Assembly: GCA_963976765.1 (NCBI GenBank)
Contig: CAXBME010000002.1
Span: 124,001-188,000, forward strand
Source: an uncultured Planctomycetaceae bacterium
GTDB lineage: Bacteria > Planctomycetota > Planctomycetia > Planctomycetales > Planctomycetaceae
Length of the DNA: 64,000 nucleotides
Direction: 5' to 3'
The notes beneath the pieces were generated by a model. It had not been told where the DNA came from and ran no database searches. It was given only the letters and a program-made list of their open reading frames with translations. The translations under genes and the position numbers were made by a program. Below, piece by piece: positions 1 through 8,448 of the stretch. The stretch's first letter is position 1, and every line of letters begins with the position of its first letter.

Positions 1-158
1 CGAGCAATGCTGAGTTGCGATTCGAGCTTGTCAGTATTCCCGATCAGTGCCGGCAGACTGGGCGTTGCCAGCGAAGACTGATGAGCCGCTTTGTGACATC
101 CCGATGCAGCGATGATCGTCAGCATCGCCAATGATAGACAGCCAGCAAATTTCTTCAT
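1..158 (-). CDS. 5' part of a lipoprotein running off the left edge, possibly TPR-containing (TadD-like)
   Basis: ATG at 158 opens MKKFAGCLSLAMLTIIAASG-C HKAAHQSSLATPSLPALIGNTDKLESQLSIAR: basic N-terminus, hydrophobic stretch and lipobox. It is co-oriented downstream of the secretin. TPR identity is a guess from context. Confidence 0.6.
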   Translation of the reverse strand, partial: MKKFAGCLSLAMLTIIAASGCHKAAHQSSLATPSLPALIGNTDKLESQLSIA

Positions 159-168
159 CGTAGTTACC

Positions 169-209
169 AATCCATGGCTTCGTTGAAGTTCCTCTCGCAG
201 CCGTCCCTG
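169..209 (-). promoter_or_regulatory. Putative CsrA/RsmA-type binding sites (ANGGA in hairpin loops) in the leader of the edge lipoprotein gene
   Basis: Minus strand shows gcc-AGGGA-cggc inside the stem ctctcgc..gcgagag, and cc-ATGGA-ttgg just upstream of the ATG at 158. Confidence 0.45.
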
Positions 210-355
210 GCAGCGAGAGATATCATTCTTTTCGTACTTGCCCGGCATGTTGATTCAGAAAAAAAGAGGCTTTGCTCCGGAAAATCGGCTTCCGAAGCAA
301 GGCCTCAACTGAATCGCCTATTGTGAACTCGCGATTGGCAAATCGCTCGCATTCG

Positions 356-946
356 TCAGCGGCCAAGTCCCCCACCGAGTCCGCCACCGACTCCACCGCT
401 CCTTCCGCCGAGTCCGGAGTTCCCGCCACCAAAGCCTCTGAGACTCTGGTAGTAAACGGCTTCGCCTTCGACCTGCTCGTAACCGGGTGTCAGTGCCGGG
501 CCGATGACGACTTTGTTTTCGACATCCTTCGCACCCAGCTCGATCAGAGTATGGACGAGAACTTCGCGACGTCGTTGATCAAGTGCCGGATCGTTATGGA
601 CGGCGAAGCTGTGGACATCACCTTCCCGGGTGCTCATCGAGCTGGACTGAATAATTACGGGATACCCGTTTTCGTCCATCCGAGCAGCTATCTGCCGAAC
701 ATGGGACTCGCCCTTGGCATTAAGCACCGAAGTATTTCCCCGAAACTCGTGTTCGTGGACCACGAAGTCAGAAGCTTCCGCATTCGCTTCCTGGAGCTTC
801 CAGGCTTGATCGCTGTAGGCTCCCAGTGGAATCGGATCGGTCGGTTGCATGTAGGCACATTTGTCTTTGCAGCAGCCGACCGTCAGCAGGGCAAGTAACC
901 CGCAAGTCGCTGTTGGCATCAGACGAGCCCGTTTCAGAATCGGCAT
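356..946 (-). CDS. Lipoprotein in the secretin operon (positional analogue of CpaD/pilotin), Gly-rich tail
   Basis: Lipobox LTVG-C, AAGGA SD upstream, and position directly downstream of the secretin. The C-terminus is GFGGGNSGLGGRSGGVGGGLGGGLGR. Confidence 0.65.
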   Translation of the reverse strand: MPILKRARLMPTATCGLLALLTVGCCKDKCAYMQPTDPIPLGAYSDQAWKLQEANAEASDFVVHEHEFRGNTSVLNAKGESHVRQIAARMDENGYPVIIQSSSMSTREGDVHSFAVHNDPALDQRRREVLVHTLIELGAKDVENKVVIGPALTPGYEQVEGEAVYYQSLRGFGGGNSGLGGRSGGVGGGLGGGLGR

Positions 947-1111
947 TGTCTGTTTTCCTTATTTGATGGTGCCAGCGTGAAATCGATCGAGTCACTTTTC
1001 GGCACACTACGGTGAAGTTGTTCCAGTCGTCGGCCCACTCGCCTTCCGGGATGACTCTGCCACTGTTGAGAAGTTGACGAAGGCCAGCCCGGCATCAGCA
1101 ATCAAGTGAGA

Positions 1112-2731
1112 TTACTTCGAAAACCCATTGTTGCCGTGAACGTAGTACTGTTGAGATTTATTGATCGCTTCGAACTCGTCCTTGCAGCGGCAGTTGCGGT
1201 TCTTGAAGAGCGGCCACACGGTGCTGCGATGGTGGAATCCTGGTCGGCCTTCGATGTCCCCGTAGATGAAGAAGTCAACATCATCCGGCTCGGTGACTTC
1301 CATGCCAGGGAGAATCGTTGGAGCCTCGTGAGATTCCATCGGGTGAACCAGCTCGGGGCTGACCAGAATCAGCAGTTCCGTTTCGTCTCGTGAAACAACC
1401 TTCGTTTCAAACAGTGGTCGCAACAGCTTTGTGTCACCCAGCAGTGGAACGCGAGTCGAATCCCCTCGCTGCTGTTCCTGCAACAGGCCAGCAATGGCCA
1501 GTACCTGTCCTTCACGCAGTTCCACAGTCGTGTTTACTGAGCGAGTATCGACTCCGAAAATTCCAGCAACCGAGTTCGCTGAATTAAGAGTGCTGAAGCT
1601 CGGTGAAACGTTCAGACGAATCCGATCGTTGTCCAGGACCGTCGGGCTGAAACTCAACTGAGTACCAAACCCTTTGAACGTTGTTGTTGATGCCTGAGCA
1701 CCACCGACTCCGACGACGGTTGGCACCGCAAACTGGCCCCCCGAGATGAAATCAGCAGTCTGACCGCTGAGCACGACGAGGTTTGGCTCCGCCAGAATCT
1801 TTGCGTTGCCGTTGCCGGTCAGAGCTTTCAGAGCGAGCGAGAACGAATCATCGTTGAACGTTCCTGTCGCCATAATGTTGCCGCTGCCAGCAAGAGCCGA
1901 ACCCAGCATCAGGTCGCCCACATCGAAGTTGAAGTCGGCCCCGAGTTGTCGAATCGCCGATCGCTTCAGCTCGGCAATTCGAACTTTCAGCATCACCTGC
2001 TTCTCACCGGGAATCCTCAACAGGCTCACGACCTGAGCCACAGGAAGCTCACTGGCGTCCGGAAATGGCTCGGCTGCTGTGCCGGCATTGCCAACACCAA
2101 AGCCCCCGAGCGAACTCTGGACAGGAGTGGCATTTTCCCGCAGCAGAGACATAATCTTTGATGCTTCCTGCTCGTCGCGAACCTGGCCGCGAACGATCAG
2201 TTTGTCGGCGATCGGGATCAACTGAATCCGACTGTTCGGAAACATCTCGTTGATCATTTCCTGAAGTTCGCCGTACTCAAGACGTCGGCGATCTTCGATG
2301 CTGTCGTCTTTTTCAACATTGACAACCAGGCTCAAATGATGCGGGTTGTCCTCATCGCCGAGCCAGAAGGTGACTGTTGTGCTGCCCGATTCTTTTCCGA
2401 TCAGCTCGACTTCGCGAGTCCCGAAGGCCACGATTTCGATGACCGACGGATCAGCGATCGCGGCTCGAAAGATGGGCTGCTTCATTCGCAGAATCTTTGA
2501 ACGGCGAAGCGGGACATCCAGCTCGGCCTCCTGCTGGACAATCTCGTCGACGAGACTCCCAACTTTCTCGGCCAGTTGCGATGACGCGACCGGACGCACG
2601 GGAGGAAGAACTACCGCACGCCCCGACTGAGCGGACGCCGTGTGGCAACTCGGACCAAGCAGACCGGCTGCCATGATCCCAGGCAACCAGAGTCGACTGA
2701 ACGTTTTTCGTTTGAAAAGGCAAGAAAGCAT
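1112..2731 (-). CDS. cpaC: Flp/Tad-type secretin (CpaC/RcpA family)
   Basis: N-terminal pilus-formation domain (RAAIADPSVIEIV..LIGKESGSTTVTFW), BON-like segment (LIVRGQVRD), and secretin domain motifs QVMLKVRIAEL, KILAEPNLVVLSGQTADFISGGQFAVP, TTVELREGQVLAIAGLL, ETELLILVSPELV. The ORF extends to 2761; ATG 2731 chosen. Confidence 0.9.
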   Translation of the reverse strand: MLSCLFKRKTFSRLWLPGIMAAGLLGPSCHTASAQSGRAVVLPPVRPVASSQLAEKVGSLVDEIVQQEAELDVPLRRSKILRMKQPIFRAAIADPSVIEIVAFGTREVELIGKESGSTTVTFWLGDEDNPHHLSLVVNVEKDDSIEDRRRLEYGELQEMINEMFPNSRIQLIPIADKLIVRGQVRDEQEASKIMSLLRENATPVQSSLGGFGVGNAGTAAEPFPDASELPVAQVVSLLRIPGEKQVMLKVRIAELKRSAIRQLGADFNFDVGDLMLGSALAGSGNIMATGTFNDDSFSLALKALTGNGNAKILAEPNLVVLSGQTADFISGGQFAVPTVVGVGGAQASTTTFKGFGTQLSFSPTVLDNDRIRLNVSPSFSTLNSANSVAGIFGVDTRSVNTTVELREGQVLAIAGLLQEQQRGDSTRVPLLGDTKLLRPLFETKVVSRDETELLILVSPELVHPMESHEAPTILPGMEVTEPDDVDFFIYGDIEGRPGFHHRSTVWPLFKNRNCRCKDEFEAINKSQQYYVHGNNGFSK

Positions 2732-2739
2732 CCTGGTTC

Positions 2740-2859
2740 TCCGTCCGTGGATTGAGCCCAAATCTGGTTGAGCCTGCCGTGAGGCCGTTAAATGAAGGTC
2801 TGAAACGAACGTCCCTGCCCGCTGACGTCGACATAGCCTTCCAAACGGCCACGTCCTTG
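2740..2859 (-). promoter_or_regulatory. Three cANGGAcg motifs (putative CsrA/RsmA sites) in the secretin 5' leader
   Basis: Plus-strand cgtccgtg 2742-2749, cgtccctg 2810-2817 and cgtccttg 2852-2859. At least two lie in hairpin loops (tcc-ACGGAC-gga; cgggc-AGGGAC-gttcg). Confidence 0.55.
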
Positions 2860-3509
2860 ACTGAAAAGCACAGGCAACTCGAAAAAAATTCGAAGTCGCG
2901 TCGTGCCTTCACTTCTTCAGTTTCTCGATGAACCGGACAGCTGAAGAGCCAACTCTCCCAGACGCACAAACAATCGTGTTTGAGCCTTCCCGCGCCGATC
3001 CTGCATTTGTTATCGGGTAGTCCGGTTGTGAGGACACAATGGAATGGTCCGTATTCGACGCTCACGGGTACTCCTGCGACGCTCACAGAGAATAGGTAAG
3101 GTAGGGACGCGTCGTAGATTTTTCGGGCTGCCGCTCGACAGGTCAGTTGATCGGCCAATCGGCTAGTTACTTAAGTATTCGCTGACCTGTTCTCAGTTCC
3201 CGGCCTTGGACTCCGTTGCTCAAGTACGCAGCGAGCCATCTGGCAACCAGGCACCGGCAGGAGTGATCGCTGAAATCGTCAAGCTTCACCTGGCTTCGCC
3301 CGCTGTCGCGGCCTGTCGGCGGATTCTGCGATCACGGTCCCCGGCGTCAGGAAACCCACTTCCGTCGGCTCGTTCATGCAATACTCTGTCGGACAGCGGC
3401 GGCTTTGCTGCGACGCGACATCGACCATGCAAAACGCGGGAGCCACGACGACCACACCCGCTCACCCGCCGCCCTTTTGCGTCAACTTCATTTTCAGCCG
3501 GTAACGCCC

Positions 3510-5126
3510 ATGCGAAATCCAGATTTCATCACTTCGTTCTCGCGGGTCTCACGAGCTACCCTCGGCCTGTCGCTTGCTGGTTGCGTGCTCGCGACAGGTT
3601 CGGCGACCTGCCTGGCACAGAAGCCGGACTCGTCACAGGTCGAGTTCGACCCGACGGCAGAATTACCGATGTCCATTATGAAAGGGACGAAGCCGGCAAC
3701 GATGGCAGACACTCAGTTTGCCGGTGCAGAATCCGAAACATTCGTCACGATTGCGCCGAATTCAAACTCACCGAATTCAAGCGGTCACCAACCAGACACT
3801 TCGACGGCGAACAACGCCGCTGTTCGCAAAACAGCGCTATCAGACGCTGAATCCGCGCCCCCTCCTGCGGCGGTTGCAACCAAAGCACCATTCCTTAACG
3901 GAGCCCGCCAAACGGTTCTGGCGAGTCAGCCAGTTCTGATTGTCGCCTCCGCACCTGGTTCCAGAGTCGTCGTCGGCAACTCGGTTTCGGTCCAGACGAA
4001 GCCCCCTGCACCGCTTTCAAAGCGAACGCTTTCGCAGATCGACCAGTTAACCACCCGGCTTGTCAGTCAGAGTCGGGATGCCTGGTTGCGAGGTTTGATG
4101 GATCAGGCGTCGTACGCAGCGTGGCTCAACGTGGCATCGACGACGCAACTGCAAATCGCTTCGCACCAGGGCGACCGAAACCGGGCGATGCTCGTGCTGC
4201 AGGAGCAGGTTGCTCTTTGGGCGGAAGCGGCCAGCGAGCTGGAATCGTTCAACCAGCCGGGAGCCGAGGGCTGGGAAGCCGACCTGTCACACTCGCGTGT
4301 TATGGCGTTGCGGGCAGAGCTGCGTTACAGCGTCGCTGCCGGTCGCAAGCTGACGAACGATGACCAGCAGGCTTACGCTCAGCTTGCCGCCCAGCATCTC
4401 GACCTTCGTCTGCACGACTTCCAAACGGGAACCGGCACCGCGGCGGCCGTTCTGGCAGCAGCAACCATGGTGGACGAGCAGATCGTCGTTTCTCAGCAGG
4501 CCAGCGAACCCTCTGGTTCAAACGCGACCTTTGTAGTGCCAGACTTTCGGGTCGACCGCCCTTCCGCGATTCGCGCGGCACTGGCGGAAATTCGACGACC
4601 GGTCCATCTCGAAACTTACCCGTTCGCAATTTCAACGCGGGACCTTGCCGAAGACAGACAGGCTGTACGGCGTGCTGCAAGCTTCGCCGCTTTCGCCGGT
4701 GCTCCCGCCGACGTTCGAGCATCGGGTGCTTTTCTGACAGACCTTGAGCAGCATGCTGAGGAAATCGCTGCCCAGCAATTTGCCAGACTCCAGACCGGAA
4801 CCGCCACACCAGGCGGAATGCTTCGAGATTGGTGGCAGCAGGAATCGATCGCCACCGGCTTGCAGGAAGAACTCTCTGAAACGGCTTTCTACACCGGGCA
4901 GACGCAAAGGCTGCTGGCGATCCATCAGGTCGCTGCTGCGACGACCGACCTTCGTGGTCGAAACGCTGCCGACGTCGCGGCGGCGGAAATGCTGGTTGCC
5001 GTACGGCAGCTGGATCTCAAACCAGTGTCGAGCAAAAAGAAGCCTGTTCCGTATGCGAAAACGTCGACGGGATCAGAGGCGCTGGTTATCGAGTACAAAA
5101 AGAACGAGGCGACCACTGGGCAATAG
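3510..5126 (+). CDS. Secreted helical hypothetical protein with TolC/OEP-like repeated motif
   Basis: Signal-peptide-like N-terminus (LGLSLAGCVLATGSATCLA), Ser/Ala/Pro-rich linker, then an Ala/Leu/Gln helical region with FQTGTGTAAAVLAA and LQTGTATPGGML. The ORF opens at 3405. Confidence 0.65.
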   Translation: MRNPDFITSFSRVSRATLGLSLAGCVLATGSATCLAQKPDSSQVEFDPTAELPMSIMKGTKPATMADTQFAGAESETFVTIAPNSNSPNSSGHQPDTSTANNAAVRKTALSDAESAPPPAAVATKAPFLNGARQTVLASQPVLIVASAPGSRVVVGNSVSVQTKPPAPLSKRTLSQIDQLTTRLVSQSRDAWLRGLMDQASYAAWLNVASTTQLQIASHQGDRNRAMLVLQEQVALWAEAASELESFNQPGAEGWEADLSHSRVMALRAELRYSVAAGRKLTNDDQQAYAQLAAQHLDLRLHDFQTGTGTAAAVLAAATMVDEQIVVSQQASEPSGSNATFVVPDFRVDRPSAIRAALAEIRRPVHLETYPFAISTRDLAEDRQAVRRAASFAAFAGAPADVRASGAFLTDLEQHAEEIAAQQFARLQTGTATPGGMLRDWWQQESIATGLQEELSETAFYTGQTQRLLAIHQVAAATTDLRGRNAADVAAAEMLVAVRQLDLKPVSSKKKPVPYAKTSTGSEALVIEYKKNEATTGQ

Positions 5127-5180
5127 TCGCTCGAATTCCGCTGTAAGAATTCAGTTGTAAAAATTGCGCTGTAATTAACG

Positions 5181-5226
5181 AAACAACGAGCACGGTCGAT
5201 TTGACGACTTCGTGCTCGTTGTTTTC
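5181..5226. terminator. Bidirectional intrinsic terminator
   Basis: 14-bp inverted repeat aaacaacgagcacg / cgtgctcgttgttt between convergent genes. Confidence 0.75.
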
Positions 5227-5287
5227 TGCTCGTTTCACTCGCGGAGTTTTCAGCTCACAACCCGACGAGTGACCGATGTTGTGTTGC

Positions 5288-6373
5288 TCAGGCAGCCTCA
5301 GCCAGTTCGGACACTGGCTCTGACTTATGAAGTCGGAACTGGTCCCACTGATTGGCTGGCATGCTCATCGCCAGTTTCAAGGCTCCGGCTGCTCCGGCGA
5401 AGACGGAGTCGCCGACCTTGCGAACCTTTCCGCCGCCGTACGCTTCCAGCGACTGTTCGATCAGACGATCGAGGCCGTTCAACTGGCTGCCGCCACCAGC
5501 CAGAATGATGTTTGAAAGCATGGCTCGTCGGAATTCAGGATCGAATCGACTGATCACTTCCCGCAGACCTTCGATGATTGGTTCAACGATTGTCAGGCAG
5601 GCTTCTTTCAGCGGGCCAGAAACGTCGAACTCGGTCGGTCGAGCTTTAACGTCCAGCCTCGCGATGGCCTTTTCGTCAATGTCATGCACGAAACCGTATT
5701 TCTCTTTCAGCTCGCGAGCAATGTTCGGCGACAGTTCCGCTTCAGGAAACTGCTCGCCCATCAGACGCATGAAAGCTTCGTCGACAAAGTCTCCGCCCAG
5801 TGGAACAGTTACCTGATCTTCGTCGGTCGGGTAGGTCGAGTACAGCGGGCAGATGTCGATCGTGCCGGCTCCGATGTCGATCACCAGTGCGTCCGTGAGA
5901 GCGTTCATTCCGTAAGCGACGGTGAACGGCTCCGGGGCGATGACGACGGCATCAAAGGCGTCGCTGGCAACGTCCATGATGAACTTCTTATTGATGATGC
6001 TGGCTCGCGACGGAGCACCGATCACGCCATAGACAGGGGCTCCCGGTTTAGGTCGAGTCAGCTCGACGGCGTGTTTGATCAGCAGTCGAGCGGCTTCGGT
6101 ATGCTCGGCAACTTTCTCCTGGGCAACGCCGGACTCCGCAGAATCAAGATACTTCAGCGCTCCGCGTTCGAACGGGCGGCAGACTTTAAGAGCGAGTCGC
6201 TTCTCGACGACGTCTTTGCCAAACACAACGTCTCGACCAAGGATGGCCCGGGCGACGTGGTCTTTCGGCCAGCCGACGGCACTGAAAAGTGAGTCTCGAG
6301 TTCCGTTCGAACTGACAACCGACGTTTTGAAGGTTCCAAGGTCCATTCCGATAAATGCGGGCTGACTATCCAT
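5288..6373 (-). CDS. MamK-like actin ATPase (MreB/MamK superfamily)
   Basis: Actin motifs GMDLGTFKT, EPFTVAYG, IDIGAGTIDIC, NIILAGGGSQ. MamK-like features include VGWPKD..LGR, VIGAPSRAS..NK, EDQVT and GALKLA..P..W. Confidence 0.88.
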   Translation of the reverse strand: MDSQPAFIGMDLGTFKTSVVSSNGTRDSLFSAVGWPKDHVARAILGRDVVFGKDVVEKRLALKVCRPFERGALKYLDSAESGVAQEKVAEHTEAARLLIKHAVELTRPKPGAPVYGVIGAPSRASIINKKFIMDVASDAFDAVVIAPEPFTVAYGMNALTDALVIDIGAGTIDICPLYSTYPTDEDQVTVPLGGDFVDEAFMRLMGEQFPEAELSPNIARELKEKYGFVHDIDEKAIARLDVKARPTEFDVSGPLKEACLTIVEPIIEGLREVISRFDPEFRRAMLSNIILAGGGSQLNGLDRLIEQSLEAYGGGKVRKVGDSVFAGAAGALKLAMSMPANQWDQFRLHKSEPVSELAEAA

Positions 6374-6505
6374 TTCAGTTGGTGCTCCAGGTTAAGTAAC
6401 AGAGACGCCCGGTCTCGTAGTCCACGTCCCGACAATCAGGGTATGAATTCCGGGTAAAGTGTGCCTTTAAGAAAATCGAATCTCGTGCTGCAGCTGCGCG
6501 CCAAG

Positions 6506-7906
6506 TCAGGCCGCAGCGCGGCTGGCACCGATTTCATTGTGCAGCGAAACATTGTTCTGAATAAACTGCTCCAGGATCGCTGACTCGCGCTGGCGAGCAC
6601 GTTGCTCACTCAGAGACAGAATCCCTTCGAAGTCAGGATCGATTTTCAATTCATTGGTTGCTGCCGACTGAGCGGGTGCCGCTGCCGGAACCGCTCCGGC
6701 AGTCTGAATTGTCAGCGGGCTGTTGTTGACCAGTTCAATTCTGAAGGCGACGCCCTTTTCACCAATCAGTTTTTTGCCGACAGCCAGAATCGCCAGGAAC
6801 AGGAATAACGCCCCGAAAAACAGCACGGCAAAGATCGTCGTCAGCGTTGCCAGAACGTCAAACGTCAACGCTCCGAGGGGTGAGGCCGCTGGAGCTGCCG
6901 CTCGTTGATCAGTGATGATGAGCGGTCGCGGCTCGACCTGCTGAATCGGTGCGACTTGCGTTGAAGCAGCAAATTCGGCTGAGGACTCTGAGACCTGTCG
7001 GTGCGTGTCGACGTTCAGTCGACGAGGCTCGTCGTCTGTTGAACTCGCGAAGGTCGGCTCTGAGTGATACGGTTGGATGGCCGGAAAGCTTAATGGTTGA
7101 TTATCTTCAATCCGAGATGCAGATACGGTTTCGATCTGGCTTGTGTCTGTGTCACTTTCCACCTGAGCGGCCAGTGTCACCGCATCGGCTGACGGATTTT
7201 CGCTCGGCGCAAAAGCCGGGCTGCTCGCCGGACTACTTGTCAGTGCTGGTTTCCAGACACCGATCGTTGTGTTCTGGTCAACACCTGAGTTCGTGGTGTT
7301 GGCCGAGTTGATTCTGCTGATGGCTTCGCGACGGGCAGAAGCCATAAATGTCGGATCGTTGGCGAGCGCTTCCAGTCTGGTCAGGAGTTCTTCGGGAGAC
7401 TGTTCGCCCTGCTCCCATTTCACCGGGTAGGAGTAGGCCAGTCGGGCGGAAATCAGAGCACGGCGAAGGTCGCCGGCGAGAAAATACTCTTCCGCTTCTG
7501 CCAGGACTTTCTTTGCCTGGCTCTTTGCATCGTCGGCGGCCCCTGAAGAAGCATGACTTGAAGTCTTCTGCTGAGGCCACTCAAGCACCAGGCCACCGTT
7601 GCTTCGCTGAGTCCGAACCGGTTCCAGAGAACGATCGGTCGAACCCGAAACACCACCGGTTGCGTTGGCACCACCCGCGGCCTGTTGAGTAGATCTGTCG
7701 CCAGGCTCAGACATCCGGTCGCTTGACGACTGAACCTTCGACCGTCCGAAGTCCATAATCAGCGGTTTGACATCAGCAACGATGTTTCGTGGCGACTGCC
7801 AGATCATCAGCGTCGCAAAACCTGCGAACACAGCAGCCAGCGCCGCCACAGGTAAGGGTGCTCTGCCGAAAAATTGTCTGAACATGATGTTTTTATGGCC
7901 GGGCAT
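6506..7906 (-). CDS. Two-TM membrane protein with TPR-like helical hairpin and long disordered linker, upstream of the actin
   Basis: Hydrophobic segments PVAALAAVFAGFATLMIW and VLATLTTIFAVLFFGALFLFLAILAV. Helical motif AKKVLAEAEEYFLAGDLRRALISARLA..W..GEQSPEELL, and a charged C-terminal helix. Confidence 0.75.
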   Translation of the reverse strand: MPGHKNIMFRQFFGRAPLPVAALAAVFAGFATLMIWQSPRNIVADVKPLIMDFGRSKVQSSSDRMSEPGDRSTQQAAGGANATGGVSGSTDRSLEPVRTQRSNGGLVLEWPQQKTSSHASSGAADDAKSQAKKVLAEAEEYFLAGDLRRALISARLAYSYPVKWEQGEQSPEELLTRLEALANDPTFMASARREAISRINSANTTNSGVDQNTTIGVWKPALTSSPASSPAFAPSENPSADAVTLAAQVESDTDTSQIETVSASRIEDNQPLSFPAIQPYHSEPTFASSTDDEPRRLNVDTHRQVSESSAEFAASTQVAPIQQVEPRPLIITDQRAAAPAASPLGALTFDVLATLTTIFAVLFFGALFLFLAILAVGKKLIGEKGVAFRIELVNNSPLTIQTAGAVPAAAPAQSAATNELKIDPDFEGILSLSEQRARQRESAILEQFIQNNVSLHNEIGASRAAA

Positions 7907-8303
7907 GTGGAGACTCGACTGTTAAAGGTCGTAAGCGAATAAAACGGCCCCGATGACGCGACTTACCTCGCAGAATGTGCGCTACAGGTCAGGTATCGAC
8001 TTTTCCGATTACGACAGTTGAATCAGATGATCCTGTTTTTCTGAAAACTACGAATGTACCACCTCGTCTGAATCAGCATTTGAGCCGCCTCTATTCCATC
8101 TGTTTTTGACAAACCCGAAAACAAGCGAGCAGAAAACTGGAATGAAACATCGACCGAATTCGCGCTGTCCGCTTCCAGGTTCCGAACCATCCACATCAAC
8201 GTTTCGTGGCAAGCTGATCCGGCATTGACGGATTTGCCAGTAGTCCGTCTTTTGCGACTCGCAACGCACGCAATGATTGTTTTGCAACGATCATCTGAAA
8301 CAG

Positions 8304-8318
8304 TGGCACGAGTCGAGC
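8304..8318 (+). promoter_or_regulatory. Possible sigma-54 -24/-12 promoter
   Basis: TGGCACG-agtc-GAGC has GG-N10-GC spacing, 130 nt upstream of the Cys-rich gene. The -12 box is imperfect. Confidence 0.3.
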
Positions 8319-8448
8319 CAGTCCTCACGCATGGCAGGACTGATGACGATTAACCCTGCAGCGTGGTCGATGCCAGGGCAGCATCAGTTTCCGACGCTTG
8401 AATCATCGTCCTGAACCGGGACCTGGCAGCCCCAGGAGAAAACAAATC

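Noticed and set aside
272..898. 208-aa plus-strand ORF and many other long antisense ORFs (e.g. 12467-13363, 35333-36370, 39461-40420)
   Set aside because: These are shadow frames of well-supported genes in GC-rich DNA, with no motifs or SD support.
2451..3158. 235-aa minus-strand ORF upstream of and overlapping the secretin
   Set aside because: Atypical composition, overlaps the secretin in another frame, and covers apparent leader and promoter motifs.
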